Shown: positions 30,880 to 41,647, numbered from the stretch's first letter. The stretch is 64,000 nucleotides of DNA from an uncultured Gammaproteobacteria bacterium (GCA_964600575.1 CAZRJH010000002.1:53627-117626), one strand, 5' to 3'. Program-made: numbers and translations. The notes: generated by a model not told the origin, from the letters alone.

Positions 30880-31569
30880 CTAAGTAGGCGGCACAACTCT
30901 CGCTCTTACAACGAGTCTCTTTGGCTTACCCGGGTCCCCGGGCGGAACGCAAGTAACCAAAGTTAAAAAAGAGTCTGAAGAATCCTGATCTAACACTTGT
31001 ATATCTGTTGGCAACACTTCGAACATTGACTCGACCCTGTAAACATAAGATATACCGTCGTAACTGACATTTATATCATCTCCCTTTTTAAGGGTAGGGA
31101 GTAATGAAAAAATTGATAAGTAGTTTTTTGGGTCGTAAAAAATCGGCAAAATCGAGTGTCCAAAAATAGCCGCATTTCCCCTTTTTCCCGGCAGAGCCGT
31201 TCCCGGATATTGAATAAGGTGACTACTTAGGTCTTCTCCACCGATTGCAACAGTTGCGGATTCTATTTTTAACCTAGGAATAGATATTGTATAAAACTCA
31301 ACCTTAGAAGAAATAAAGTCGTTTTTTGTTATATCGCCACCCTGGAACCAATTGCTGGCCTGTGTGTAGTCTATGCTTTGAGAACTATTTGCAGACTCAA
31401 CAACAGGGTTGGCAGAATTTTCTTCTGAAACAGGAGAAAGAAATTGTGGAATTTTATCGGAATAGATTTTGTTATAAGAAAGGATTGGGTAAAAAACCCC
31501 TGCAAGAATCACAAGGCCCGATATTCCGGATATTAAGGCTGATATTCTGAGAATTGTTCTTTGATCCAT
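30880..31569 (-). CDS. Sortase family transpeptidase
   Basis: 229 aa with an N-terminal TM helix, a catalytic His in IFGHS, an LTLVTCVPPG (TLxTC) motif and a C-terminal Arg. Confidence 0.6.
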   Translation of the reverse strand: MDQRTILRISALISGISGLVILAGVFYPILSYNKIYSDKIPQFLSPVSEENSANPVVESANSSQSIDYTQASNWFQGGDITKNDFISSKVEFYTISIPRLKIESATVAIGGEDLSSHLIQYPGTALPGKRGNAAIFGHSILPIFYDPKNYLSIFSLLPTLKKGDDINVSYDGISYVYRVESMFEVLPTDIQVLDQDSSDSFLTLVTCVPPGDPGKPKRLVVRARVVPPT

Positions 31570-31607
31570 CCCATCAATATATCTAAAAATTGTAAAGAAG
31601 TTAAGGT

Positions 31608-33845
31608 TTAATCGTCAGATCCAGAAACTATCTCTATATGATCTAACACTCTGGGAAGTGTTTTGAAAATTATTGGGTAAGGAGGGTTGATGTTCATATG
31701 GACATCAACAAACCCTGCAACATGACTACCAAGATAACTTCTTACTGCCGTTTGGCTTTTTCCTGCTATATCGCGTTTAATTTTAGGTTCATCTAAATTT
31801 GGCAGGAAGTTTCCGGTTACCTTAACCTGGTATTTATAATTATTGTCAGTTTGTTCTATGAAACCAAACTCAAACTTTATTTGAGCATCCCTTAGAACAA
31901 ACCCGTTTGGCGTTTTGTCTTTAAGTAGGTTTTTTGCAAATTCAAAAAGTTTTAATTTATCTGCAGCCAAAGTGTTTGCACTAAGTTCCATATTTAAGGT
32001 CACATTATCAGCTTCCTCACCAAGCTTGTGATCAAAATTTGCTTGGGAAACCTCGCTTGATACAAAGTCTGATACCAATATTTGACTTTCCTCAACTTTA
32101 ACCAACAAGCTATCTTTTGCTTTAGATGAAAGTTCCTCTTTAAGTTGTGTCTCCAAAGTTTCAATATCAACCTTACTTACCGCAGAAATTTGCCTAGAAC
32201 TTCCACCAGCAAAGTCTGATATTGATGTGGCATCAACTTCTGCCTTTGGATAGTTACCGACTTTAAAAACTTCACTTTTAGCCAAGTTGTATTCGGCTCC
32301 AATTGAATTGGCCGTTACCGCAAGACTCGCCGTTCCTGGTGAAGTTGGGGAAAGTGCTGCAGAAACAGAAGCCGCCTGATCCAAATCAAACTTAAGATTA
32401 CCCGAAGAAATCAAAATCGTCCCTGCAGTAAGATTTATTGGAAAAGCAGTTCCGTTTTGGATTTGAACTGTTCCTTTTGCTTTATCACCTATCAACTTAC
32501 TTCCTGTGGCAGCTTTAGTCTTCCCGCCGCTAACTTTTGATTCAATCATCTTTGCTGCCACAATGCCTGTAGACAAATCTGTTTGTCCGTCGGTATTAAA
32601 TACCACCTCAGCCTCCTCCTGGAATGTCTGGGGCTTGATAGTGATATTAACTTTAGCGGTTGGAACAAACCACCAATACACTCCCCCTCCGATAAACAAA
32701 AGTACTATGGCAATCAAAATAGCAGGCTTTGGACCTTTTGTATGGGATGTGTTGACCTTTAAAGAGAATGTTAGCCTTTTAAGTGTTGATCCGATTTTTG
32801 TTTTAAACCTTAGAAAACTTTCTTTAAAATTAAACTTTTGCCTAGGGTGGGCGATTGGTACAACCTTGGGAGGTTGGTGAGTTGGTAAAGCTCCTTGCAT
32901 ATTTACAGGGGGTTTTTCGAATTCTTTTACAATGTTAACTTCCTCTTTTTTGTTTAAACTTACATCAGTATCAATAGAAAAACCCAAATCTTCCGGAGTT
33001 ACTTCGTTAACCTCCCTTAAGTTGTCATCTTCCGGTACAAAGGCTAAGGGGGTGGGTAATTCTTCCGCTTTCTCTTCATATTTAGCAACTTTAAGCACGT
33101 CTCCAATTTCATTTGCACCTGCAAGCGAAGTTGCCAAAACCTTGCGTTCGGAAATAAGTATTTCCGCTTTTGGCGTATGCAAAAACTTTACCTTGTCGTT
33201 TGTATCCCAATTGTGTTTAAGAAGCTGATCTTTTGCTTCTTCCAACTCTCCACCTTTACCGTCGAAAAGAATAAATCTGGAAGGCAAAGGGTTTGCACCT
33301 TCGAATCTGGATAAACCTTCCGAAACATCGTCAACCAAGGAAACACTCCTGGCCACCTGAGTTGTACCTACTAAATTTCCTAAAGAAAATACCGATATTT
33401 CCAGATTATCTTTGGATAAGCCCATTATTATTGCATTAACGGGAGTTCCTTCTTCTGATTTATACAAATGTGCGACTGCTTCCGGTAAGACCACAAAACC
33501 AACAGGTGTCAACGAAAGGTCTACACAAAGCTTTTTAATAATCTTAAGGTGATCCTCGTTTATCTCACCGTTTTTTACCCAAGACGAAGGGACACCAAAA
33601 ACTGTTTTGTTTGGCTCCGGATAATCTTCCGGTATTTTTTGAACTGCAGTAGAAAGGGCTGTATCAGTTGCACCAACCAGCTCATCTTGTGTTTCCCATG
33701 CAGTGGCGTGCGAGGTACCGACAACATTTGCCACAGAAGAATCAATATACCAAATACCCGCCTGAACCCAACCTTCTTCTAAAACCAAAGACCAATAAAG
33801 TTCTGGCGGTTTACCTTTGTTGGACAAAAAATCTTTTAAATTCAT
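31608..33845 (-). CDS. Membrane protein with an N-terminal FtsA/PilM-like (degenerate actin-fold) cytoplasmic domain, one TM helix and a ~340-aa ectodomain
   Basis: 745 aa. The N-terminal ~380 aa aligns by eye to FtsA/PilM (SLVLEEGWVQAGIWYI ~ GLDIGTSKI…; AIIMGLSKDNLEISVFS ~ vVDIGGGTTDiav) but with degenerate phosphate loops. TM helix at PAILIAIVLLFIGGGVYWWFV. Confidence 0.3.
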   Translation of the reverse strand: MNLKDFLSNKGKPPELYWSLVLEEGWVQAGIWYIDSSVANVVGTSHATAWETQDELVGATDTALSTAVQKIPEDYPEPNKTVFGVPSSWVKNGEINEDHLKIIKKLCVDLSLTPVGFVVLPEAVAHLYKSEEGTPVNAIIMGLSKDNLEISVFSLGNLVGTTQVARSVSLVDDVSEGLSRFEGANPLPSRFILFDGKGGELEEAKDQLLKHNWDTNDKVKFLHTPKAEILISERKVLATSLAGANEIGDVLKVAKYEEKAEELPTPLAFVPEDDNLREVNEVTPEDLGFSIDTDVSLNKKEEVNIVKEFEKPPVNMQGALPTHQPPKVVPIAHPRQKFNFKESFLRFKTKIGSTLKRLTFSLKVNTSHTKGPKPAILIAIVLLFIGGGVYWWFVPTAKVNITIKPQTFQEEAEVVFNTDGQTDLSTGIVAAKMIESKVSGGKTKAATGSKLIGDKAKGTVQIQNGTAFPINLTAGTILISSGNLKFDLDQAASVSAALSPTSPGTASLAVTANSIGAEYNLAKSEVFKVGNYPKAEVDATSISDFAGGSSRQISAVSKVDIETLETQLKEELSSKAKDSLLVKVEESQILVSDFVSSEVSQANFDHKLGEEADNVTLNMELSANTLAADKLKLFEFAKNLLKDKTPNGFVLRDAQIKFEFGFIEQTDNNYKYQVKVTGNFLPNLDEPKIKRDIAGKSQTAVRSYLGSHVAGFVDVHMNINPPYPIIFKTLPRVLDHIEIVSGSDD

Positions 33846-33871
33846 ATTAGCTGGGCAGCCCTATTAATATA

Positions 33872-35683
33872 TCAGGTTAATGACGCATATATCCTGATTA
33901 TTCCGGAACCAATACTCTCCTGCTTAATTATACTCACTCCTCCAATCTCACCAGTGTGGGTTACGTGCGGGCCGCCGCAAATTTCTTTAGAAAAAAAGTT
34001 ACCATTTGGATCACCAACAGTATAAACTTTTACCTCTTTGCCATATCTTTCCGCAAAAAAGTGAAGTGCACCTTCTTTAATGGCATTTTCTAAAGATTTT
34101 ATTTCAAAAGTCATAGGCAGATCTTTTTTGATTTGTTGATTAATCAAATCCTCCACCCCTTTCAACTGCTCAGGTGTTAACTTTGATGTGTGAGAAAAAT
34201 CAAATCGCAATCTTTCTTTAGTAATATGGCTTCCTTTCTGGGAAACATGTTCGCCTAAAATCTTTCGGAGTGCTGCGTGCAAAAGATGAGTTGCCGTATG
34301 GAGTTTTGTGATATCGACATCGGACTTATTTTCGAGCCCACCCTTAAATATTCCCGAGGATGTCGTCCTTGAAAGCTCTTTGTGCTTTGCAAACTCCGAT
34401 TCAAACTTATTCTTCTCCTCATCTGTAAAACTCATGCCGTTTTGGCGAAGTATCTCCAGTGTTAATTCCAAAGGGAACCCTTCTGTTTGATATAAGTCAA
34501 AAGCAAAGCTTCCGTTAATTTCTGTATTTTTGGAAACGGCTGCAGTTAACTTGGCAAGACCACGCTTAAGTGCTGATTCAAATTTACCGGCTTCAGTATT
34601 TAGGTTTTCCTCTATAAACTGCCAGTTTTTATCTATGTTGGGATAAAACTGTTTAAGATCTTCCGCAACATGGGAAACACTTCCACCCGAAATACCGCTT
34701 CCCAACAAATGGAAGTGAAACATGGCGCGTCTTATGAGTCTTCTTAGTGCATATCCTTGAAGTTTGTTAGATGGGATAACACCTTCTGCAAGTAAGTTTG
34801 CAGAGGCTCTAAGGTGGTCTGCAATTATCCTTATGCTTTTATCTTTACTACTGTCTCCGCCATAGTTTATCCCCGCTTCTGCTTCTATTTTTTTGATAAT
34901 CCCCCGGAAAATATCAATTTTAAAAACATCCGGATCATTATTTAGCGCCGCAGATATTCTTTCTAGGCCACCTCCAAAGTCGACATTCTTTTGGGGAAGT
35001 TCTTCTAAGCTTCCGTCAGACAATTTTTTGTACTGCATAAAAACAGAATTTCCTATTTCCAAAAACTTTCCGCAATCACAGTTGGGATGACAAAACTTAC
35101 CAAATTCGGAAGAGTGACTCACCGATTCAAATTCAAAAAAAACTTCCGAATCAGGGCCTCCTATTTCACCGTCAGGCATTTTTTCCGGGGCACCCGCTCT
35201 ACTCCACCAGTTTTTGTCGGTTCCATAAAAGTGTATATGGCTTTCTTCTACTCCGAGACTCCTCCATATCGAAAAAGATTCTTCGTCCTTTGGAACACTG
35301 TCTATTCCAGCAAAAACCGTTACATGAAGTTTTTCTTTGGGAAGTCTAATCTCCTCGGTAAAAAAATTCCAAATCCAGGAAAGCTGCTCTTTTTTAAAAT
35401 AATCACCAAACGACCAGTTACCTAACATTTCAAAAAAAGTTGTATGGCGATTATCCCCAACTTCTTCTAAATCTTGAAGTCTAAGCGAAGGTTGAGAGTC
35501 GACAACTCTTTTACCTTCAGGGTGCGTTTCTCCTTTTAGGTAGGGTACAAGTTGTTGCATTCCCGAAGAAGTAAAAAGTGTCGTCGGGTCGTTTTCCAAA
35601 ACCAAAGGAGAGGGTGAAATAATTTTGTGATTTTGTTTTTTATAAAAGGCAAGATATTTTTCGCGAACTTCCGTCGTTGTCAT
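33872..35683 (-). CDS. alaS: Alanine--tRNA ligase (short form lacking the C-terminal domain)
   Basis: RHTTFFEMLGNWSFGDYFK class II core plus the editing-domain HxxxH motif (HTATHLLHAAL). About 600 aa versus ~870 typical. The likely start is the Met at 35683. Confidence 0.85.
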   Translation of the reverse strand: MTTTEVREKYLAFYKKQNHKIISPSPLVLENDPTTLFTSSGMQQLVPYLKGETHPEGKRVVDSQPSLRLQDLEEVGDNRHTTFFEMLGNWSFGDYFKKEQLSWIWNFFTEEIRLPKEKLHVTVFAGIDSVPKDEESFSIWRSLGVEESHIHFYGTDKNWWSRAGAPEKMPDGEIGGPDSEVFFEFESVSHSSEFGKFCHPNCDCGKFLEIGNSVFMQYKKLSDGSLEELPQKNVDFGGGLERISAALNNDPDVFKIDIFRGIIKKIEAEAGINYGGDSSKDKSIRIIADHLRASANLLAEGVIPSNKLQGYALRRLIRRAMFHFHLLGSGISGGSVSHVAEDLKQFYPNIDKNWQFIEENLNTEAGKFESALKRGLAKLTAAVSKNTEINGSFAFDLYQTEGFPLELTLEILRQNGMSFTDEEKNKFESEFAKHKELSRTTSSGIFKGGLENKSDVDITKLHTATHLLHAALRKILGEHVSQKGSHITKERLRFDFSHTSKLTPEQLKGVEDLINQQIKKDLPMTFEIKSLENAIKEGALHFFAERYGKEVKVYTVGDPNGNFFSKEICGGPHVTHTGEIGGVSIIKQESIGSGIIRIYASLT

Positions 35684-35707
35684 GCGTAAATTATATAGCA
35701 TTTAGGC

Positions 35708-35746
35708 AAAAAAAATAACCGCGGCGGTGTTTTTGTCGTCGCGGTT
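35708..35746 (-). terminator. Rho-independent terminator after the 115-aa membrane ORF
   Basis: 7-bp stem AACCGCG/CGCGGTT (35717-35723 and 35740-35746), followed on the minus strand by AUUUUUUUUG (plus A-run 35708-35715). Confidence 0.45.
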
Positions 35747-35756
35747 AGCTGATTCG

Positions 35757-36104
35757 TTACCTATCCAATAGGGCGGCAAAGTTCGGAATTGCTGTAATGG
35801 CTAAAACCGAAAGGCCTTTCAGGTAAATAATCATATACTCAAAATTGACGGATGTAATCAGGGTTGCAAAAGCTCCGCATACGGCAAAGACAAGCATCAT
35901 AATTCCAACTCCCAACAGTCCGTATTTGAACTGGAAGAAGGAGAAAACGAGTCCTACCCCACCCATGATCAAAATCATAGCCTCAACCCCACCCAAATCA
36001 GTGCTTGGGTTGCCTGCGAGATAGTTGAAGTTATTGACCGCCAAAAGGACCAGAATCACGATCCAGCAAATTCCGGAAATCCAGTATGGAAACTTAATGT
36101 TCAA
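35757..36104 (-). CDS. Small membrane protein (115 aa, 3-4 TM helices)
   Basis: Hydrophobic throughout, with no motif. Confidence 0.4.
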   Translation of the reverse strand: MNIKFPYWISGICWIVILVLLAVNNFNYLAGNPSTDLGGVEAMILIMGGVGLVFSFFQFKYGLLGVGIMMLVFAVCGAFATLITSVNFEYMIIYLKGLSVLAITAIPNFAALLDR

Positions 36105-36151
36105 GGCTGACTCCTTAATTAAGAACTAATATGCTATGGGGATTATAACAT

Positions 36152-36385
36152 TCAACCACCGTGGGTCTCAATTTTTTTGTTTTTACGAAGAATTTCCATA
36201 ACAGAGGTAAGCTTCTCCGGCCTAATAAGACCTCCTCCTAAAATTGAATCTTCCAAGATACTGTTTAGCCTTTTAATAGCCTTTCTTAGATCAAAGATAA
36301 CCAAAACTACCTGAACACCGACTATAACCAAAAGAAGAGTAAGACTTATTACAACCACAACCAAAAGTGTTTGAACTGAATCCAT
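36152..36385 (-). CDS. Small membrane protein (77 aa)
   Basis: A single N-terminal TM helix. Confidence 0.35.
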   Translation of the reverse strand: MDSVQTLLVVVVISLTLLLVIVGVQVVLVIFDLRKAIKRLNSILEDSILGGGLIRPEKLTSVMEILRKNKKIETHGG

Positions 36386-36386
36386 A

Positions 36387-37010
36387 TTAGTTAACTATTA
36401 TTTTACGCGAAACAGTACTCTCTTTACCAGAGCGTGATACTGCTTTCACCTTAACTTCGCCGGTCAACTTATCAATCCCTAACTCAACTTTAAATTTGCC
36501 GTTATCTTCAACCAACACAGGTTGATTATTAATTGTAATTTTGGCATCGATATCAGTAGTTCCAAAAACCAAAACCGTGTTTCCTATAATGCTTTGGTTT
36601 TCTTTTGGACTATCTAAAATTATTTTCGGGGGTGCTGTGAATTTGTAATATTGAAAACCCAAATAACCAATAATGAAAAGGGCAGCAATTCCCACACCAA
36701 AAACAAAAGTTGTTTTAGGCCCCCAAACCAACTTCCTATTAGCAACATCCGGTTTGGGATTAATTGCCAGTTTTTTAGGAGGATAATCTCTTTTTAAAAC
36801 AGCAACAGTTGTAACTTCATCTAATCCTAGAGCGCCGGACATACTTTTTACAAAACCCAAAACAACCGGGAAGGCAGGTAGATCGTTCCAGGACTCGGAT
36901 TCTATAGACTTCAAAAAACTTACTTTTATTTTTGTAGTTTCTTCCATATCAGCAATGGAAAGTTTTTTTTCGACACGGGCATTTTTTAATATCTCGCCGA
37001 TTGTTTTCAT
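36387..37010 (-). CDS. RodZ-like protein (HTH domain, TM helix, C-terminal domain)
   Basis: N-terminal XRE-type HTH (IGEILKNARVEKKLSIADMEETTKI), a central TM helix and a C-terminal beta domain. Confidence 0.5.
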   Translation of the reverse strand: MKTIGEILKNARVEKKLSIADMEETTKIKVSFLKSIESESWNDLPAFPVVLGFVKSMSGALGLDEVTTVAVLKRDYPPKKLAINPKPDVANRKLVWGPKTTFVFGVGIAALFIIGYLGFQYYKFTAPPKIILDSPKENQSIIGNTVLVFGTTDIDAKITINNQPVLVEDNGKFKVELGIDKLTGEVKVKAVSRSGKESTVSRKIIVN

Positions 37011-37092
37011 AATGTTCTACATTGTACAAAATTCATCCTTGGAGATTCTTTGAATCGTTTAATCCCTCAACAGAATTTTGTATAGGTTATTC

Positions 37093-39219
37093 TTACTGCT
37101 GTGCGGGCGGTTGTCCGAATGAGGCAAGGAATTCTTCTGCATTTTGGACCAAAACATCTCTGGGTTTGCTTCCACCGTCACTGGGGCTTATTACCCCTGC
37201 AGCCTCCAGTTGATCAATTACCCTTGCAGCCCTTGAATAACCAATAGAAAGTCTTCTTTGCAACAACGAAGCACTTGCCCTTTCGTACTGGCACACAACT
37301 CTCACAGCTTCTTTAAACATGTCATCAACAGCTCCCTCTACGCCGGGAACTGTAACAGCGCCTGGTTTTGCACTTGTAGTTACTTCTTCTGTGTACTGAG
37401 GCGTAATTCCCTGATTTTTAATAAAAGACACAAGACTGTTTATCTCTTTGTCGTTTACAAAAGCTCCTTGGATTCTGAGAGGCTTGGCTTGTTCAGGGGG
37501 TAAATAAAGCATATCTCCTTTACCCAATAGTTTCTCGGCACCTTGTGTATCCAAAATAACCCTAGAATCTATCTGTGAAGAAACGGCAAATGCAATTCGG
37601 GACGGAACATTGGCTTTGATAAGACCAGTGATAACATCAACCGACGGCCTTTGAGTTGCAAGAACCATGTGTATTCCGGTTGCACGACTCATTTGGGCAA
37701 TTCTTGTAATTGCATCTTCCACCTGAACAGGCGAGAAAAGCATAATATCCGCAAGTTCGTCTATAACAACAACAATATAAGGAAGTGCCTGAAACCCTGA
37801 CATCTCGTTGTATGCTTCTATGTTTCTAGCTCCTGCTTGGGCAAATTGTTTATAACGCCTGTCCATTTCGTTCATGACCCAATTTAGAGCGTTTATAACT
37901 TTTTCCGGTTCGACAATTACCGGAGTTAAAAGATGTGGTATTCCGTTGTAACCCGTCATTTCTACCCGTTTTGGGTCAACCAAAATAAGCTTAACCTCAG
38001 TGGGCGCAGCCCTGAATAAAATTGATGCCAAAAAAGTGTTAATACAAACAGACTTACCAGATCCTGTTTGTCCCGCGATCAAAACATGAGGCATTCTGGC
38101 AACATCAGCAACAATAGCTTTGCCTGAAACATCAAAACCCAAAGCAACGGCAAGTTTTGATTTATGGCCCAACATCTCATCAGATGTCATCATCTTTCTT
38201 AGGCTTACAAATTCAGCGGATCTATTTGGAAGTTCTATACCTACAAGGTTGCGTCCGGGGATCGGGGCCTCGATTCTTATTGTTCCTGTAGGGGCCGAAA
38301 GAGCCAACGCTAAATCTCTTTCTAGAGATGTAATCTTGGAAAGTTTTGTTCCTAACGCAACCTCCAGGGCATACTGCGTAACCGCCGGTCCAAGATTAAC
38401 TTCCACTACATGAGCTGTTATTCCAAAAGACTCCAGGGTCCTTTCGATTGTGTCGGCATTACCCTTAATATCTCCTCTTTCTGCTTTTCCGTTTTCTGCC
38501 TCACTTAAAAGATTTACCGGTGGATACTTCCAAATCATTTCTTCTCCGGGAACATTGCTAACCAATTTTTGCTCCAAGGGTTCGTGTGGAGTCGAAGCAG
38601 GAACTGCCGCTTTGACAGGTGCAGGTGAATGAGAGTTTATTGTTGGGTTAGAGCCCCCTCCCATAACTTTAATAGGACCACTACTCATGGGTTTGCCGCT
38701 TCCTCCAATTTTGATTTGGTTGTCACTTTTTACATAGCCCCCCGCAGTTTTGAAAAAGCCCTGTAAATACTTCATAACAACATCTATCGAGGTGTTAAAA
38801 AGTACAATAAGTCCTACAAAAGCAGACCCTAAAAAGACGATCGCAGCACCGACTCCTGTGATTAGTGCGGATATTGCTTCCCAAATTCCAATACCAAAAA
38901 CGCCGGCTCTCCCCATTGCCATTACAGACACAAAAAACAGAAGCCCGCCCACAATAACATTGGGTTGCCCCAACGGAAACTTAAATTTAGAAACTAAAAA
39001 TGCAAAAGATAATGCTATAAAAGGCAAAAATATTGAAGACCATCCGAAATATGTTGACAATAAATCGTTAAATCCGCGCAAAATAGCTCCTTGTTTGGAA
39101 AAAGAGATAAGAATAAGGGCGGCTAGTCCGAAAAAAAACACCTGGGCAATAGAAAAAGTAGTTTCTTTTTTGAGTTTTAGCTTGAATCCTCTCTTCGTAA
39201 ATCTTTTTCTTTGCTTCAT
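37093..39219 (-). CDS. ftsK: DNA translocase FtsK/SpoIIIE
   Basis: 708 aa with N-terminal TM helices, Walker A GQTGSGKSV and FtsK alpha/beta/gamma-like regions. Confidence 0.85.
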   Translation of the reverse strand: MKQRKRFTKRGFKLKLKKETTFSIAQVFFFGLAALILISFSKQGAILRGFNDLLSTYFGWSSIFLPFIALSFAFLVSKFKFPLGQPNVIVGGLLFFVSVMAMGRAGVFGIGIWEAISALITGVGAAIVFLGSAFVGLIVLFNTSIDVVMKYLQGFFKTAGGYVKSDNQIKIGGSGKPMSSGPIKVMGGGSNPTINSHSPAPVKAAVPASTPHEPLEQKLVSNVPGEEMIWKYPPVNLLSEAENGKAERGDIKGNADTIERTLESFGITAHVVEVNLGPAVTQYALEVALGTKLSKITSLERDLALALSAPTGTIRIEAPIPGRNLVGIELPNRSAEFVSLRKMMTSDEMLGHKSKLAVALGFDVSGKAIVADVARMPHVLIAGQTGSGKSVCINTFLASILFRAAPTEVKLILVDPKRVEMTGYNGIPHLLTPVIVEPEKVINALNWVMNEMDRRYKQFAQAGARNIEAYNEMSGFQALPYIVVVIDELADIMLFSPVQVEDAITRIAQMSRATGIHMVLATQRPSVDVITGLIKANVPSRIAFAVSSQIDSRVILDTQGAEKLLGKGDMLYLPPEQAKPLRIQGAFVNDKEINSLVSFIKNQGITPQYTEEVTTSAKPGAVTVPGVEGAVDDMFKEAVRVVCQYERASASLLQRRLSIGYSRAARVIDQLEAAGVISPSDGGSKPRDVLVQNAEEFLASFGQPPAQQ

Positions 39220-39294
39220 ATCAGAGTCTGCAGTGTAAATGCATTGTACAGCTTACAAAAAGTTCTTCAAAGCTTCAAGCCTGTAATATTTTGG

Positions 39295-41022
39295 TCAAGT
39301 TTCTACAACCAAAGGAAGGATCATCGGGCGTCTGCCTGTTTTTTGGAAGAAATACTTTTCCAGAAAATCAATTGTGGTATTCCTTATAAAAAGTGTGTTG
39401 ACTGCTTTCTTTCGATCGAGTACCTTTGCCAAATCACGAGCGGCGTCGTCTAAAAGACCTCCGTATTTTTGTTCGAAAACAAAGCCTCTACTAATTATTT
39501 CTGGCATAGCACTTAATACACCCTCGTTTCTGTCAAACTGACACATAGCTATAACCACCCCTTCTTTAGATAAAATATGTCTATCTCTTAAAACTGTGTT
39601 GCCAACATCGCCAATCCCAAGGCCGTCAACTAAAACTTCTTTTACCGTAATCTTTCCGAATTTTCTTGCAACCCCGCCAACAAATTCAACAATATCACCA
39701 GGTAAAAGAGCTAATATTTCTTTTTCTTCGGCACCCATACTTTGGGCTATAAGACCATAGGCTCTATTATGCCTGACAGTTCCACCAATCGGAATAAAAT
39801 ACTTAGGTCTAACTAACGCAAAAAGCATCTCGATATCCTTGATGCAACCATGTCCTGAAACGTGTAAATCTTCCTGCATGTCGTAATAATGAACGTCAAC
39901 GTCCGATTCGATAAGTTTATCAACTAAAAAGTCTACATTGGCTTTACTCCCGGGAGGGGCCGGGTCGGCCGAAAAAATTACAACATCACCTTTGCCGATG
40001 GATAAAAAGTCATGATCTCCCAAACACAATCTATAAAGCGCACTTCCGGGCTGGCCGTAACTACCCGAGATTATGTACAAAACTTTATTTGCTGGAAGTC
40101 TTGCAGCCTGTTTTGGCTGAACAATTATATCTTTTGCTTGTGACATAAAACCCAAGTCTCTTGCTATTTCGGATTTTCTGACAATTGAACGGCCAATAAA
40201 ACAAACTTTTCTTCCTGTTTTTGCAGCAACATTCAAAGTTTGCTGCATTCTACTTATGTTTGAAGAAATTGTGGTTAGATAGACTTTACCTTTAGCATCC
40301 CTAACAATAGGCTCTATTCTTCCTTCAATTTCTTTTTCGCTTTCAGTGTATCCCGGAGAGGTTGAACCCAACGCGTCCGAAGCAAGTGCAAGTGCCCCAC
40401 CTGAAGCCAACACAGAAAGCTTTGCTACATCAAATGGACGTCCGTCAACGGGGGTCCAATCAAACTTATAATCAGGAACATGGAACATTTTTCCTTCGGG
40501 CGTATCGATACAAAATCCAACTCCGTCGGGAACCGAATGTGCAACTCTAAAAGGTGTTACTTTAAAAACTCCTAAAGTTAAAACATCGCGTTCCGGATCA
40601 AACACTTTAAGACTACCCTGAACCTCCGCATCATCTAGTTTTTCCTGGATAAAACCGGCGACCAACTTACTTGCATAAACCGTAGTTTTTACATCTTTTA
40701 AAAGGAAGGGCAGACCACCTATGTGATCTTCGTGTCCATGAGAAATTAAAATGCCGCGAAGTTTGTGAATGTTTTGTTTTATGTAAGAAAAATCAGGAAT
40801 AACCAAATCCACACCAAACATTTCGGATTCGGGAAAACCCACGCCACAATCAACGACAATCATGTCGTTGCCATATTCATACACATACAGGTTTTCGGTA
40901 ACCCCAGTTGTTCCCGAAAGTGCCACAAACTTAACACCCCCCGTTACTTTTGTAGTAACAGTGGCGTTTGCAACTTTTACATTTTCATTCTTCATATTTT
41001 TGTTTTGCGAAGAGATTTTCAT
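39295..41022 (-). CDS. rnj: Ribonuclease J (metallo-beta-lactamase/beta-CASP)
   Basis: HGHEDHIGGLPFLL motif with beta-CASP features. The likely start is MKISSQNK at 41022; the track ORF extends to 41169. Confidence 0.85.
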   Translation of the reverse strand: MKISSQNKNMKNENVKVANATVTTKVTGGVKFVALSGTTGVTENLYVYEYGNDMIVVDCGVGFPESEMFGVDLVIPDFSYIKQNIHKLRGILISHGHEDHIGGLPFLLKDVKTTVYASKLVAGFIQEKLDDAEVQGSLKVFDPERDVLTLGVFKVTPFRVAHSVPDGVGFCIDTPEGKMFHVPDYKFDWTPVDGRPFDVAKLSVLASGGALALASDALGSTSPGYTESEKEIEGRIEPIVRDAKGKVYLTTISSNISRMQQTLNVAAKTGRKVCFIGRSIVRKSEIARDLGFMSQAKDIIVQPKQAARLPANKVLYIISGSYGQPGSALYRLCLGDHDFLSIGKGDVVIFSADPAPPGSKANVDFLVDKLIESDVDVHYYDMQEDLHVSGHGCIKDIEMLFALVRPKYFIPIGGTVRHNRAYGLIAQSMGAEEKEILALLPGDIVEFVGGVARKFGKITVKEVLVDGLGIGDVGNTVLRDRHILSKEGVVIAMCQFDRNEGVLSAMPEIISRGFVFEQKYGGLLDDAARDLAKVLDRKKAVNTLFIRNTTIDFLEKYFFQKTGRRPMILPLVVET

Positions 41023-41056
41023 ATTCGAAGCATCTATATTGTAACCAATAATCGAT

Positions 41057-41647
41057 TTAATTGGAATCCCGCAATAATTTTGACAGTTCAATAAAATCTT
41101 TTTTCTCCGCCTCAAGCACATTTCCGTTTCTAAGACTTGCGGCAGGATGATACATTGGGACCACCACAACTTTTCTATTATTAAATTCTACTTCGTACTT
41201 TTTGCCGTGTACCTGAGAAATGAATACATCCTGTAAAAATTTTCCCATAGAAAATCTTCCTAATGTAATAATTATTTTTGGATCGATTATTTTTATAATT
41301 TCATCCAGATACTTTCCGTATGCCGCTATTTCTTCTGGTAAAGGGTCTCTGTTTTCGGGCGGTCTATGGTGAACAACGTTTGTGATAAAAACTTTTTTTC
41401 TTTCGAGCCCTGCCAAAACTAAAAGTTTATCCAACAACTTACCCGCCTGTCCCACAAATGGTATCCCCTCCCTATCTTCATTAAAACCGGGACCTTCACC
41501 AATACACAAAATCTTTGCTTCGGTATTACCCGTTCCAAAAACAAGACATGTTGCCCCTTTTTTAAGAGGAAGAGTTTCGTCTTTCTCCATATCATTTTTT
41601 AGTTTGTGGAGTTTTTCGTATTTTTCGTGAACTTTACCCTTATTCAT
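41057..41647 (-). CDS. Uracil-DNA glycosylase, family 4
   Basis: 196 aa with GEGPG and HPAA motifs. Confidence 0.8.
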   Translation of the reverse strand: MNKGKVHEKYEKLHKLKNDMEKDETLPLKKGATCLVFGTGNTEAKILCIGEGPGFNEDREGIPFVGQAGKLLDKLLVLAGLERKKVFITNVVHHRPPENRDPLPEEIAAYGKYLDEIIKIIDPKIIITLGRFSMGKFLQDVFISQVHGKKYEVEFNNRKVVVVPMYHPAASLRNGNVLEAEKKDFIELSKLLRDSN

